Shown: in pieces, positions 1 to 14,360 of the stretch | Numbering within the stretch: the stretch's first letter is position 1 | Layout: each line of letters opens with the position of its first letter | Assembly: GCA_026770705.1 (NCBI GenBank) | Contig: JANJGN010000047.1 | Coordinates: forward strand, 4,402,001 to 4,466,000 | Origin: Isurus oxyrinchus | Taxonomy: Eukaryota | Length of the DNA: 64,000 nt | Direction: 5' to 3' | Program-made: the position numbers and the translations under genes | Notes under the pieces: generated by a model | The model's input: the letters and a program-made list of their open reading frames with translations, nothing else | Told to the model about the DNA's origin: nothing | Database searches by the model: none

Positions 1-1074
1 ATTACAGCATTTTCTCCGTGATTTGATCTGTCCCTTTCAGATGTAGATAATCCCTGTGCTTCAAAGGCAAGTTGGCACGAGGGGAAAGATATGGTGCCCA
101 CAAGATTGGCACACGTTCTGGCTAATGAGATAATCAGTGGAGGCTTGAGTCCCGGAGAGTTCGCATGTCATAGGCGTCATCAAAGATAGGGATTAGCCAG
201 TGTAGAACTTTCTGTTTCTAGTGTCTCACATCATCGTTTGCGTGTACCTACGTGCTATACATTTGCATTTATTGAGTAGTTATTATAATAGGACCCCTTT
301 TTACTTATTCAATTAAACATTATGTCAACAGTGGGCGTGAATCTTGAGACAGTCCAATCACGTTCATTTATAGGGGGCGCTCAACAGTTGGTTTGTGCAG
401 TTGTGGCTAATATCAGTGTTTTCCTCTGTTCAAATCTGCAGCACAACTGAGCGTATCAGGGGAAAGCAAGTTTGGATGTATGATTGGGATCAGCAAAGAT
501 ATATAAGTGGTCAATGGGGAATGTGGATATGCGATTGTGGAATGATATATGGTGAAGAATCTATGGTTTCCCTTACAGGCTGACCAGCTTTTGGTAGCAT
601 CACGCCACAAAGCCAAATGCCATGACGTGTTCCAATACCGCCAATGCATCATTCATCGTGGAAATGCACAACAAAAAAGCTCTTCCACGATGGGTTCAAT
701 AGCAGAGAGGGCACAGTGAAGCGCCTCGCACTCATGATTCTCGAAGCTATCGGTGGATTTGCATACTTGACCTAAGGACATGGTGGAAATATCATTGAGA
801 ATGGTCACTGGGCATGGAGGAACTCACAACAAACAAGCTCACTGGTGATGGGGGAAAGACAGTTTCCAAGATTATCACTATGGAATAAATTTGACAGTAG
901 CATGTGCTGTGATGGTGTAAAATAAATGAAGATTCTCCAAACGAAGTGCAGGAACAGAGGAAGTCCTGTTTAATCTTATTGCTGCCATTTAAGATGACAG
1001 AGCCTGTTGAGCGTGTAGTGACTGAAACACTTTAGGCTCCATTAACACTAGCATTTAGTATAGGAGTTAGAAGG

Positions 1075-1670
1075 TCCACGTTTAAATTATGTTATAAACT
1101 AGTTCGGACTCATCGGGAGTGCTGCGTCTAGTTCTGAGCAACATACTTAAGTAAGATTGAGAAATCATTGGAGAAAGTACAGTGGAGATGCATAAAAATT
1201 ATGCCATTCACAGAGGCGCGCAGCTATGAGTATTGGTTGCAGAGACTTGTTCTATTTTACTTGAAGAAAGGAAAGGCTGAAAGGAGACTTGATAGATGCA
1301 TTCAAGACCCTTACAGTTATGGGTAAGTTAAAGACGAAGAAAAGCTTCACACTGAAAATAACAACAAGCATTAGATCGGACACATGCAAATAATTGGAAA
1401 AAGGAGCATGTGACGTGAGGGTTATATATTCGCTTTTCACCCACACGTATGGAATGTGGAACAAACTTCCTGAAAGGGTGGTGGAGTGATGTTCAATCAA
1501 AGTATTCAAAAGGGACAACGAAAGGATTTCTACCTTAAAAGACAAAATGTGCATTCCTATGGGGTTAAAGAAGGATAGTGGGACTTGTTGGAATGTTCAT
1601 TCAGGAAGTAATTGAACATTCGATGGGTCGAATGAGCTGTTTCTGCACTGCAAATATACAATGAGTCGGT
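1075..1670 (+). mobile_element. Degenerate CR1 LINE 3' fragment
   Basis: Remnants of LVRPHLEYCVQFW...LEKVQ...RLKGDLI.AFK and tggaac...gtggtggag tail. Confidence 0.75.
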
Positions 1671-1755
1671 TTAAAATCTCTCACATCCTGGAGCTCACTG
1701 GGCATGAAGAGCACCACACAATCTCAGCTCAACATTCATGATGGACTTAAAAACA

Positions 1756-1812
1756 CATGCATACCCACGCACACAAACATACACAAGGACACACACACAC
1801 ACACAAACACAT
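1756..1812. repeat. Imperfect (CA)n microsatellite
   Basis: Direct reading. Confidence 0.8.
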
Positions 1813-3774
1813 ACTGAACCCTTACGCCACTTAATAAATCACACACACCCAGCTGATAATCTATGAAATGGAAGTAACATTGACCTCATCGACTATTTGT
1901 GAATCCGATAAGCCATTCTCATAGGCCAAGTGAATTAAACACACTGCAATCATTGTTCTGAAATGGGAGGGGGGAAAAAAAACCTGTCCCGTGGAGAGTA
2001 TCGGCCATTTTTTAAAATCAGAAATACCAAGATAATCATTCTGCATGCATGCATTCGCCTGATGGATCTCATTGACAAGGAGGTTAGTTACATAAAGCAA
2101 ATCCTCACAATTGGTGGAATCACACACACAAACCAATTTCATCAGCTATGGGGACAATCACTCCCACCTTGCTCTCCATCCATGGCTGAAATCATGTATA
2201 TCAAGTTAATTTTTGCAGTGTTAAGAACACACGGGCCTCTTCAAATATGGTTCAATCCTAATAATCAAGCCTGCAGGCCATTAGGGGAATGACCACCGAA
2301 CTCTTCGACCGACAGGAGATTTCACACATGCTGAATTATTTGCAGTATGGTTCGAGGGGAAGCAATTCGCCTCACTGAACTTATTGAACATGAAGATGCT
2401 CACTCACCAAGCTCATTATGCAGTGGGGAGAATCATACAGTAAAGGATTTCGGCTATGGGGTGAGAGACACACTGCAAACTGTTTAGTTTCCATGTCAAT
2501 GAAGCACATGAACGCCGTGCACTATCAATACATCACACGCTATGCCCATATCTGTTTAGTGTATCAGGCAGAGCGAGTTCATTGTCCATGGTGTATCACG
2601 CTGAAAATGAGATAATCAGATGTGGGTGAAATACAAACCCATGAACTTGGCATTGACGGGAAGCACAAACTTCGAACACATAAACTCTGGACTGGGGACA
2701 GCAGCCCCTCCCCACGCTCCAATGGAATTAATCATACAGGGATGAATCACAGGTTTTCTGATCTCCGGCCGGGGAGCTCATTGGCTCACACAAACCACGC
2801 TCAGCATTTGTTCTTTAGAGAATCGCACTCAAGACCTTCAGCTATGCAGTATAATCACACACTTCAAGCTGATTAACTATCGGGGGAATTACGAAAATCA
2901 AACTCATCGGTATTTGGACTGGGCTTATTTACGATGTTGGACTCATATACACAGCTCAGTGGCTATGCAGGAACTATATGCACACATATGATTGCTTGTG
3001 CAGCGAATAACACATACCAACTTCTTCACCTTCTGGAAAAGCACAAACAAAGCTTGATAACTTTGGATGCTTCACGAGCAGAACTGTCTGTCTCTCCCTA
3101 TACCTCTCTCTCTCTCTCTCTACCTCGCTTTCAATCTGTCTCTATCTCCCTCTCTCTCAATCTTTCTCATCCAAATTTAAGTGTACTCTGAAGAAAGGGT
3201 TCTGTGTCTGTTACGCAGGTTTATTCATTGCTAGTTGCAGGTACAGCTGGCAATGGAGTAAACACAAGACAGTTCATGAAATCACATTTCTTGGAACCTG
3301 GAATATCTGGGCCTGGCGAGGGAGGATAATCGCTGATTAACCACATGGCCCAGTGCAACTGATTGCACCGATGAGTGGCAGCAGAGTTTAGGAAAAACCA
3401 TGACTAATTCCACACGCATTTCCTCTCATCCCAATTAAAACAATATTCCGTTCCTTTCCTTCCATGTGTTTATCCAGATTATCATTAAAATTATTTCCTC
3501 TGTACACCTCAGTTACAAATGTGTTCGACATTCTGAGCAATCACTGGTTAAGGACATTTTCTCATGAATACTTGATAGTAAAATTTTAATCATCTCATAT
3601 CATTCGATTAACTTCTGGATTTACCCACTAGTGGTGAAAAGTATATCTCAATTTACAGAATGTCCGCTGATTTTCATCACACAGCGCAACCACCTCTGAA
3701 CCAGACACTCTGGTTTAAGATAAACATCCAGAAAGTGGAGCAGAAAAGCATTAGTGGACATGCTGACAGATTTT

Positions 3775-3985
3775 AGGGAACGCTGCACATGTTTGAGCGC
3801 CAGTACTGACTTGTCAGAGAGTCAGTGCTCAGGCTGTGCTACAATGTCGGCTGGCTCATAATGAGGGAGTTCAGCAATGTCAGAGTATCAGTCCTGAGGG
3901 AGGGTTGCATGTTCGGAGGTCAGTGCAGAGGATGCGTTAAAATGCCCGTGTGTCACTTATTAGACAGGGTGCTGCCTTTCTAATG
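3775..3985 (+). repeat. Degenerate 33-bp minisatellite (about 6 units, gtcagagggtcagtactgagggagtgctgcaat-like)
   Basis: gtc(a/g)g anchors at 3813, 3846, 3879 and about 3912. Confidence 0.6.
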
Positions 3986-5476
3986 TCAGCACGGAAGGTT
4001 ATAAGGAAAATGGAGCGAGATTAATTGGCATGTGGAGAGCTGGTGAAGCTCTGTTGTTTCAAGGAGCCTCCGACGGTACATCATCCTTTGTGATTATGGA
4101 ATATTTAGCTCATTGTTAGGCATAATACGTGCAGGAAAGTGTCAGAGCATTGATAAATGCAGAGCTGGCGAACGTGGTGGGAACATTCACAAAATCCATC
4201 CTAACATTGCTTTTATTTTCAAAAATAGCTCCACTTTTCAATTTGCATGAATGGGAAATTGATTTGAAACATAGCAGCATAGCAAGCGATATGGCACTTA
4301 AGGAGAACCTAAGCCCTTAAAACGCTTATCCAGTTTAATCTCACCTTCAAAATCACGGTCTCTGGCAGCGTGAGTTACACAACATCAAGCATTAATCAAA
4401 GTGTTATTTGCTTATTTTTTCGAAATATGAGGTGGGTTTCTGGACCACCAGTTTAAGTAGAGGTTTTGCGATTCCCACCATCGTCTGGATATAAATGTTT
4501 GCTGTGCGATTGGTTTAGGAAATCCAGGCAAAGAACTGGAATGCGAGAAAATGGGTAATCGATCTTTTTCGTCCGGCAGGAGGCAACAGACATAATGGGT
4601 CATTAAATACTGTATACTTTGTCAGTTTGAGGGGTTTTTTTAGACACCATATTTGATTGAAGTGCTTTATTCGCTTGACGTGCTGGATTAGTTGAGTTGC
4701 TTCAATAGTGTGATAGGCTGAATGTGCCTGAGGTTACTCATTCTTTACATGGGACTTGCGCTTTTGAGTTTTTTAATCAGTTTGAAACATTGTGTTATTT
4801 AAGGGGATTGTCATCAGATGAAGAGTTTTTCAGGCTGGAGGTCATTTAATGGAGAGCCTGTATCCATTGGAAGGGCTGTGTCCTTTGTGAATGACGGATA
4901 TTTTGACGTTACATTGGTTTTAATTCATTGAATCTGTTGCCACTGTTGTGGTTGTGTGACAGCTTGCATTTCCTGCTGGCTTTCAATCATTGTCAGGTGC
5001 TTTATTAGCTGCCTTCCGCATTGTGAACTCACAAACATCTCACTATTAAAATATAACGGAATTACCACAGTTAGCCTCAGCACTTAAATCCCACAGTGCT
5101 ATAGAACAGCCCTGAGAGAGCCACTAAATGATTTGGAATTGAATTGCTAAACGGTCACCATCGAGTGAAGGACATCAGTTAAGCAAAGTAAAATCGAGAT
5201 ATGGGACTGATTGCTTTTGCGAAAACAACCACAATGCTTGAAAACCCAGCTTCTGGATAATGTTAGTTAATTCATGTAATCAGAATCTTCCAGTATTTTA
5301 ACATTTCCAGGACTTTCTCAGAAACAAACCTTACAACCCCGAACGATGTTCAAATATCAATCCACATCTGGAGGTTTTACAGAGCATAAATAATGACCTT
5401 GAGGATTTATCAGGTCTTATTTTTATGCAGAGAGATTGTCTACAGAACAAAGAGAGAGATCAGTTCACAGAAAAAA

Positions 5477-8400
5477 ATGCTTGAAACAATTCAAAATTAT
5501 TTAAAAATTATTCTACGTGATTATTGCTTTCATTGGTATTCCTGGTAAGTGACGATACATTTATTTTTGTAGGTCTGTATGTGAATAGGATCTTCGTCTT
5601 ACACTGTGATTGGTCCTGTTACAGGCTCTGTCTTGATCGCCAAAAAACAGAAAGTCGATAAGTGGTAGCATTTGCTGTAGCCAAATAGCTTGAATTATCT
5701 CTGTTTTTTTTTATCATTTCCGTCAACTGATCATAAAACTCTGTTTATGAGCTCACGGGTTCTCTAGGTTATTTGTTTCTTTCTGATCAAGTGGAAAACT
5801 CTGTAATCTTGATTTATACCTCAACGCAGGCAACTCTCTGAGGAGAATCATTAGGGAGCACCAAAGCAAAATCACAACGAGTGTGTGACACCAAATGGAA
5901 TTGAATATCTGACGTCAATGTTAATGAATTGCTTGGACTATCGTGCACTGTAGAATTTCATTGAGCATGTGTAACTAACCAAAGTGAAAATCTGATCCTT
6001 TTGTTGCACATTATGCGGATCATTCATTATTACAATCCTACCCAGCAGCTCTTCACCACCACCTTGAATTAATTTAAAATATTCTGATGACTGACGTGTT
6101 GCCTTGTCCTTCTTTGGTTTTGCACTGCAAACTTTCATCTCATTTCCCCTTTGTATAGTCAGTCTCTGACAGTGCCCTGCCATTCCTCGAAAATAAAGAT
6201 TTGATTATTTGATAATTGGCTGCTCGTAAGTATCTGCTATAAACTTGCCGAATCGCTCAGTTCCCATAATTATATTTTATCCCCCTGCACATTATCGAAA
6301 TAGTCTGTTCGAATCTTTCCAGATTCACGAGCTTCATTCCATCCGTTATGTCGATGCTCCATTCCACACGGGTTTCTTCATTTTTTTCAGCAATGTCTTC
6401 ATATTTCCTCAGCGCATGTCCCCCACTGTCGCTAACAGCATTACCCAAAGTTTCTATCACACTTGCCTTGTAACTGCTATCGCCCCTTGTCCTCAATGCC
6501 ACTACAATTATAATGATGTCCTTCTCCTTACATTCAACTCCATCATTCCTTACATTGAACTCATCATACTCGAGCATTTCTGGCACTTCCAGCTGGGTCT
6601 GCCTTCAAACACATCTGTCCTTGCATCCCATACCGCATGGTCAATTTTGTAACCCCACCAAACAGCTGTATTTTTTTTCACCTTCCAGTACAGAAGTTTC
6701 TTTTCTTCCATCGAATCAAATCCCAAGGCCCCGAAATCTCCATCCACGTAAAAAAAAGATTGATTATACGTCTTGCAATTCAGAATCAGTATTCAGTTTG
6801 CATGAGAGAGTTTGCTACACATTGGTAGTGTTGCAAATACATCGCTAGCAGCCTGCTCAGCACCTCAGGGGCCTATCCTCTATTCAACATATAAATTATT
6901 GCCCGGATCACTGGTGAGTTGATTTGTTAACCTATTTTCCATGCCACGCTCTCCCAGAGAATCCAGTAAGAATTTCCGCTGTGACCCCTCTCACCTTCTT
7001 TATTTTGTTCATTTTAAAATAGAAGAGGGGGTGAGAGAGTGAAATATCAAACAGCCAATGTTGTCTATGATTGCCAGGGTGTCCAATGTTGCGGTGGAGA
7101 ACCAGAACCATTGGAAGATTGGAGGTAAAAAATTTATCCGATCATGAATAATGGTTTTGATCCACAGGGGTTTCCAATCTCCAAAATGATTTGTTCCCTC
7201 AAGGAGTTTCTGTGTGTGTGTGGGATGGGAAGGGTAGTGGGGAAGGGGGGTGGGGCACGGGGGTGCGGGGTGGGGTGTGTGTGGGCAATCTGATTGCTCA
7301 GACGAGGTTCCAATCCTGAGACAGAAGCTTGATGAGCTCATCTGATTCTAGAAGAAATACAGCACTGCAGGGTTCCGAATGTGGAACATGTCAGACATGG
7401 GACAGCAGGAATTTAGCATCAAGTCCTTTGGTGTGGTCTATGCCTGGGGAAGCTTTGAACCTGGGAAAGGCAGGTGCAATAGATTGATCCGGACCAGGGG
7501 TGCGTCAATGCCCGGACCCATTGACTAAGAAGATCTTTTGAATGAGTCGAGTTTTCTCCTCGTGGGGGATGGGTGGCTGTGGGGAATGTACCATCTTGGG
7601 GATAATCTGATCTCAGGAATGTTTCAATTCGTGGTAGTGGGAATCCCAGAGAAGACCTGTTCCTGGGTAGTCTGGAGTTGGTAAAGGTTCAATTGGTAGA
7701 CTGGGCACGGGAGGGTGGGGTTGGTGTTTAGAGGGTCCTTTTTGCCAACTTACCAGAAAAATTCCCAATTTTTGTATTATTTACGATTGGAGGTGATGAG
7801 CCAGTTAAATGCTCCCAGGCCTCAAAGAAGGACAAGGTTTCCATGCAATGATCAAAGTAAAGGAATAATGTGTGAGCGGGTGCTGGTGGTGGTGGGGCAG
7901 GTGGTGGTGGGGGGGGGGGGGGGGGGGGTTGTTGGAGTGGTGGTGGGGGCGGCTGAGTAAAGTTGGAATAACGAATGATCCAAATTTCCTCCAGAATGGC
8001 TGCAGTTCTATGGCACATATATCCTCCATTTTGAGGCATAATTCGAGTTTATATTATCTCTTTTCTGGTAGCTGTTTACCGCACTTATTTTCATTACAAA
8101 GTGGTCTTTTCACAAGAATTAACGTTGGAAATTTTTCAAACTGGAATGGGTCTGCTTCCAGTAAAGATCAGATCCTGGGGATTGTTTGCACCATGGGATT
8201 TTATGAACTGGCGTTCGGTGGAGAGTGGGAATGATCCTAAGCTGGGAATGGTAAGAGTCTTGTGATGGAGTAGCTCAATCAGGGGAGTTTAACAATGGGG
8301 GGATAGAGGTCTGATACCATACGAGGATCCACTCCTGGGAAATTCCAACACTTGGCAAACATGGTTGGGGGGCCCAGTCGTGGGTGCTTGCTGGGTGTGC

Positions 8401-9675
8401 GTGACAGTCAGATTGCCAAACTTGCGCATCTTTGCATGGGGCGTGGGCTGTGATACTGAAACTAGGATGGTTAACGTACACCTGCAAAACAGATGAAAAC
8501 ACAGGCTCCCCATATCATTACGTGATGAAATTTGCAAGACTTATTCTGGGACCAGTTGTTTGCCCGAGTCCTGTTCGCACCAAAATATCCCAGGGAATGT
8601 GATGTTTGTTGACTGTCTAGAATCGAGTTTGTAATGTTAAGATTTCGTCTTCTGATTCGCACCCCACACATCCGTTTCTGGTGCTGAAATATTGGCATTA
8701 CTCTCTAGCGTGCACGAAGATTATGTTCGATCTTTAATTTGTAGTCTATATTTCCTTTGTTCAATTACAGTTAACTTCCAAGCAATTGCGATCCTATCCC
8801 TGGGAAAATGTGGAATCTCCTAATTCACCACACACTATCCGGTGGCCATGGCAATGGCAGATATGCTTATCACTGAGGTCATACTTCATCAGATGAATAA
8901 ATATTATTTCCAAGTTTCTTTCTGAAGATCATCCCTGTGTGTAATGTTAACTTTACCCTGAAGCGTGCGACACAGATTGTTCTGCCTGGTTCATTGTCAC
9001 TTTCTCTTTTCACCTATTTGAGGTTATTTGCTGCCGGTGTTTGACAGGAAGGCATTGCAATGAGAAAACTGCAGCTGTGGTTCTGTCATTAACTTGCAAT
9101 TTGCTGTCGCTGAAAAACATCACCTTTTACTTGGCACTTGATCTTGGAAACATACTTGAAAATGTACCTTGCTTCTGCAACCTTAAGTCAAGTTTCTAAA
9201 GGGAAAGTGGGATGATGGGGTTTTACTTGTTTGACACGTGTTTAAATCGATTGCTCCTCTTTGCTTTAATTCTCCTCCTGAGCGCTCTGACAGTCAAATA
9301 CATTATAGTGGCCAGTCGGGTCCATAAGCAACTGAGAGGTCAGAGCAAGGTAGAGAATCAAATTTACCCAGAGATTGAAAGCAGAAGGAAATCTATGATT
9401 TTACTGCGCACAATTTCCCGCAGCTTCATTCTTAAGCGGTTGTTAATTGTTCTAGAATTTATATAATACAACGTTACAGGGAAAGATTTCAATCATTATA
9501 ACGATTCCGATTATATATTGAAATAATCACAATAATGCTGCTCAATTTGACTTCTTGCACAAACATAATTTTTTTTTTATGGGGCTACATAGTCCAAGTT
9601 CAGAGCTCAGCTCAAGAGGGCGGTGAAATATTCTGTTTCATTCGCAATTATTTCGCAAATAAAGGAACCGACTAA
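5477..9675 (+). pseudogene. GPR139-like rhodopsin-class GPCR pseudogene, two exons (5477-5544 and 8771 to about 9675)
   Basis: Exon 1 MLETIQNYLKI/fs/FYVIIAFIGIP|gtaagt. Exon 2 after tacag: VNFQAIAILSLGKCGIS*FTTHYPVAMAMAD...TDCSAWFIVTFSF...CNEKTAAVV...LILLLSALTVKYIIVASRVHKQLRGQSK...ESRRKSMILL...LTSCTN...SKFRAQLKRAVKY. Several stops and frameshifts. Family assignment from recalled motifs. Confidence 0.88.
6150..6760 (-). mobile_element. Highly decayed CR1 LINE fragment in the GPCR intron
   Basis: GVECKEKDIII...YKA...HALRK resembles CR1 GIEYKSKDVIL.LYKA...HLRKD. Confidence 0.45.
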
Positions 9676-10319
9676 AGCTCTGGATGTTGCCTGGGTGATT
9701 AACAAGCAGCAATGGAATACTTCTCCAGAGATTCTCAGTAGTGTCAGGACAAGGAGTACTACACCATTATGAAATAAGGCGAAGGCTGGAGGACAGACGT
9801 AAAGCGGACAGTTGGACAGGCAGGCCACTGCAGTCAAGAGAGGGAAGAACAGCCACAGGCACTCATCCCCGTGTACCGGTTCCATTTTTCAGTTCCAACC
9901 TGTTCAGAAACAGATTCGATTTATAAAAACACTTCAGCAATCAAAACACTTCTGACGCATACAATGTTGTTTCCATAATTACATTTGTTTTCTTTATTCC
10001 GAGAGGGGCTTTAGGAGAATCGCTTTAAATCCCTTGGCAACAAATTATATCCATTCCTGTCCCCGTCCAGCAATGGCCATCTCTCTATTTCTCTCTCTCT
10101 CCCCCGCCCCCATTCCACCATCTCCACCTCACCCCAAACCAGTCTCTCTCTGACCCCCTCTCTGAGAGGGACTGACCGGATTGGAGTAGATTTCGAACGT
10201 CTGCATGGAGAAGGTAATCAAATTGAAGCAGCAAGGCCTGGATTGTCTTAAGTGTCGAATGAACTTGCGCCTAAGTTTATTGGCTCCTCATATGGATTTG
10301 CCTGATCCATCCACTTTCT

Positions 10320-10636
10320 TCACTTTAATTCTCCTCCTGAACGCTCTCACAGTCAAATACCTTGTAGTGGCCAGTCGGGTCCATAAGCGACTCAGAGGTC
10401 AGAGCAAGGTAGAGAATCAAATTTACCCAGATACTAAGAGCAGAAGAAAATCTCTGATTTTACTGTTCACAATTTCCAGCAGCTTCATTTTTAAGTGGTT
10501 GTTAACTCATATAATATAAAATTACAGGGAAAGATTCCAATCATTATAACGATTCCGATTATATATATTGAAATAAGTCGCAATAATGCTGTTCAATTTG
10601 ACTTGTTGCAGAAACATGGTTTTTTAATGGAGCTAA
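10320..10636 (+). pseudogene. Partial duplicate of the GPCR pseudogene (TM5-TM7 segment)
   Basis: LILLLNALTVKYLVVASRVHKRLRGQSKVENQIYPDTKSRRKSLILLFTISSSFI; directly alignable to about 9263-9588. Confidence 0.9.
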
Positions 10637-12239
10637 CCTGCCGGTACTGTAAATGCTTCCATCTCTTCATTTTATGTCTCTTCCTGCCTGGAACCTAAAC
10701 ATCTGAAATGAAATTCATCTAAAATTAAAGGTGATTATCTTTACTTCTGCTCTCGGCTGCTGTGCAGTCCAGTACATGAAACAGCCATGGACATTTTTAA
10801 AATGAACAGTGGAATGCTGAAGCTCTGCTCATTGAGGACAAAATAGGAACAGTTACTATCGTGACCAGACAATGGAAGCTGCCTTCATGCTGCGAACATG
10901 AATGTTCTTGCGTGCCTGAAACGGTAGAATCCTGTTTTGTGAATAGCAACCCAGGTATCAGTACTGAATGGAGAATGGTTTAATGTATAAAGAGTGGTCC
11001 TCTGTGCACCGCCCTTGGGTCAGGAATAAAGTAGATTTTAACGTATCTGACGGCTTTTGTTTCATCACTCTAACCCTGTTCATTTCATCTCCTTACATTG
11101 CTAAATTCCTCCAGTATACCAAACATGTGATAAGGTTCAACCCCCTCACTACCAACTAAGACAATCTGATCATTAATAGTGATCATTAGAGTTGTTCACA
11201 ATCCAAAATTATATCTCATGTGCTATTAAATCACTTCTTCCTCGATTGTCTCAATTTTGACGTTTTAAAATTGATGGTCAGCGTTGTCTATCACTCAGGA
11301 AGATGAGACTAGGTTGAAGTGCAGTCAGGAACCATTCCTAGACCCGTTTCGGGGATGGGCTGAACAGCGTGGGTCGACAACTTGCATCAATGTAGAAGTT
11401 ATCAGGGATTTTATATTAAGCGGAGTCGAATGTTATTCCTCCTGTCAGAGTTGTAGTTCACACATTTTGCATTTTGCATTTCACCACCACCCCGCCCCCA
11501 CAACCCCACCCCCCCCACCCCTACCCCCACCCCCATCCCACCCCGCTAACAGAGAAAAACATATGTCGCTGAATGTGTGCAGTAAATTCTGGAAAGGTGA
11601 GCCGAGTAGAAGGCACGGTCCAATTTGGGACAGATGACATAGTTAGAGAATTCACACACCTCATTATTTCAAGTTTTCATCAACGAGAAACTGTAGAACC
11701 GGGCCTCAAAGTTCATTATCTGTAGATTCATCTCAGAGCTGCACGCTGGGAAACACAGAACCAAGAAGATAGTGCAGATGAATGTGTGGTGCCGCACGTG
11801 CTGGACGAAACATAGCTTCAGATGCCGAGGATAATCTCGACAAGAGGGAAAAGACAAGATTAATTTTAGTGCTCTGTAGATCTTGCCCCAGATCATGGCT
11901 ACGAAAATGCACTTAAATATTGTTGTGGGCGAGAGTCTAACATGTATGAGTGTGATTGGATACCAGGACGGAACAACTGAGAGAAGGAGCAGTAACACGA
12001 CAAGGAATGGAGACGTAAGAACAGCAACAACATTGGAAAAAAAAATATTAAAGGCGTGTTGGGTATCATGGAATAGCTGGCTGTCAAGTTAAGGAATTTT
12101 CCAGAAACGACTGACAAGTTCGCTACAGAAGGTGCTACATGAGTTGACGATAATGAGAATAAAACAGAATAGGTGGGAAATGAAGGGGACCAGGCGCCTT
12201 TGTCTGCAATAAACACTGAGCGGATATAGTTGAGATAAA

Positions 12240-14270
12240 GGCAGTTGGAGGCAATATTGTTCAGGAATCAGATGAGAATTCTACAGGAGTGCAGAATAGC
12301 AGAGCATTGGTAGCCTAAATCATTTTGGTCAGATAAGCGGAAAGAGCAATGTCAAGTAGTTCGACGTGTTATATTGATCATCAAATAACACATAACAGAT
12401 CTGTGAGTGCATTTATCAGCAAACTTCAGTGACATGTGAAATTAAAGGGAAACAATATCGGCCGATTTCAATTACCATGTACAGGCTGGGGAAATGATAA
12501 GAAAAGGCAAGGAGTGTGAAAGATCCCTTATTTTTTAGAATAGAATCTGCTTAATCAATATGTTAGAAGCACAGGGAAGAAGATTCAAATTTTCGATATC
12601 GTTCTGCTGAAAGAATTCACACAAATGTTTTCTGTTTCACACGATGGAATGTGGTGGAATAATGCATATATACATAAATATATAAATGTATTATAATTCG
12701 TGTGAAATAACTTATACTAAAAGTTCAATGTTCAAAATATTCAATGCGTGAATTTTTAAGCGTTTGATGAATGGAAGATTGTGATTCATCTACATTTAAA
12801 TTAGAAACAGGTATGTTACCAGCCAAAATATTTCAATGACGAGGGAACAATAATAAAGTCAGGAAGCTTTGAGGAAAATGTTTAACTCATCTTTGGGAAT
12901 TATACAGCTTCTCGAGAAATGAATTAGTGCAAATGTTACGGTGTTGTACATGAAGGGGGAGATGGCAACTCTTGGATAGTGGACTCATCTTTCTAACTTC
13001 TTTGACATTGGAGAGACATCAAGGAGAAAATAATTCTCACTTGCAGAATGGATTAACAATGTCACCAAGACAATTTGTTAAAGGCTAATTATGTCTGAAT
13101 AATCTGTGAGTTATTTGGTGAATTAACAGACATTGTGAGGAAGGGCATGCAGTCGATATGTAAGACGTGGGCTTTCAATTTTGTCAAAAAACTCTTTGCA
13201 GATTTTCACAGTCAGTCCAAGTGCATTGCATGAAACAACATTATTAACTGGCTTGTTTGCTTGACCAAGACGGGGCCGGATGAAAATAGTCATAAATGAA
13301 TTTTCCTCCGAGTTGGGAGAGTCTGTTCCGCTGAGGGATCGGGTGTAACACCATTCATCTTTTTTTTACACATATGGATATAATATCAATATAAGTTTGG
13401 GTACAGAAAGAAACTGGTTACAGAACTTTATAATGTTGCAAATCGTGAACATAGTAGCAACAGAAATAAGATGGAGTCAGGCAAAGAGGTAAAGGGGTCA
13501 GACGTGTGGCTGCTTTAATTTATTGTGCTTTTGTGATAAGCAATGCATCATAGGAAACATTCCGTCTTGTGGTATCAAAGTATAAATGTAACTACTTTGA
13601 AGGGGGAAAGGAAAACAATTACGATGATGTGAATGTCCATGGTTACTTGAAAGTGGCATGGATTTTGGGGCAAATGAAACATACTCTGTACTGTTTTGAT
13701 AAACATGGGTATTAAATTGAAATCTAATGAATCATTCATTACATCTGTAAATTAATTGATATTATTCAGTTGGCATATTGCGCACAATTTTAGTCACCGT
13801 AATATTGGAAGGATGTGAAGATCCTGCAGAAGGTACAGAGAAAGTAGTTAGGAAGACACCATGGCAACTAAATAACATCATGAAGAAAAATCGACAAAAT
13901 TCTGTGGTTGGCCCCAAAATGTAGATATTGGGAAGGCATCCCTCTCGCATGAAGACCTAGAACTAGGGAGCGATGTTCAAATACATGGGATGTCTCACAC
14001 AATTTGCAGATGAGCAGGAATGTCTCATTTCAGAACGATGTTAGTCTTTGAAAGATTCTTGCATGGAGAGCAGTGGTTGATGGGCATTGAAGTTTTGTCA
14101 GACTTGGAGAGATCCCCAGCGAAGCTGTGTTATTTTGAAGGGTTATGGCAGCCACAAGGATTTCAGGCTCAAATCAGATCAAAAATACTCATATTGAATA
14201 GCAGAGAAGGCCTGCTGAGTCATATGGCATCTTCCATTCCCGGTGTGTCTTATGGGTGGGAAACTGTTGT
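12240..14270 (+). mobile_element. Decayed CR1 LINE ORF2 (endonuclease end, RT and 3' tail)
   Basis: Remnants of DFNY, NQYV, ANVT.LY.KG, CL.NL.E.F.ELT, AVD motifs in order, then a CR1 tail. Confidence 0.7.
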
Positions 14271-14360
14271 TATGTGGAGAGATTGGTGGAATTGTTTTTT
14301 TTTTTGTTTCCCTGTTGGAGCTGAGTAGGTTATGAAAGAATCCAACAGAGCTCGTAACTC

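Noticed and set aside
7715-8234. Poly-Pro and poly-Gly ORFs
   Set aside because: They come from a (GGT)n/poly-G low-complexity tract in the GPCR intron. The surrounding sequence may be a decayed L1/Tx1 element, but I could not support that.
11640-12100. Possible 5' region of another Penelope-like element on the minus strand
   Set aside because: Only a faint resemblance to recalled sequence, and it cannot be aligned to the copies in this window
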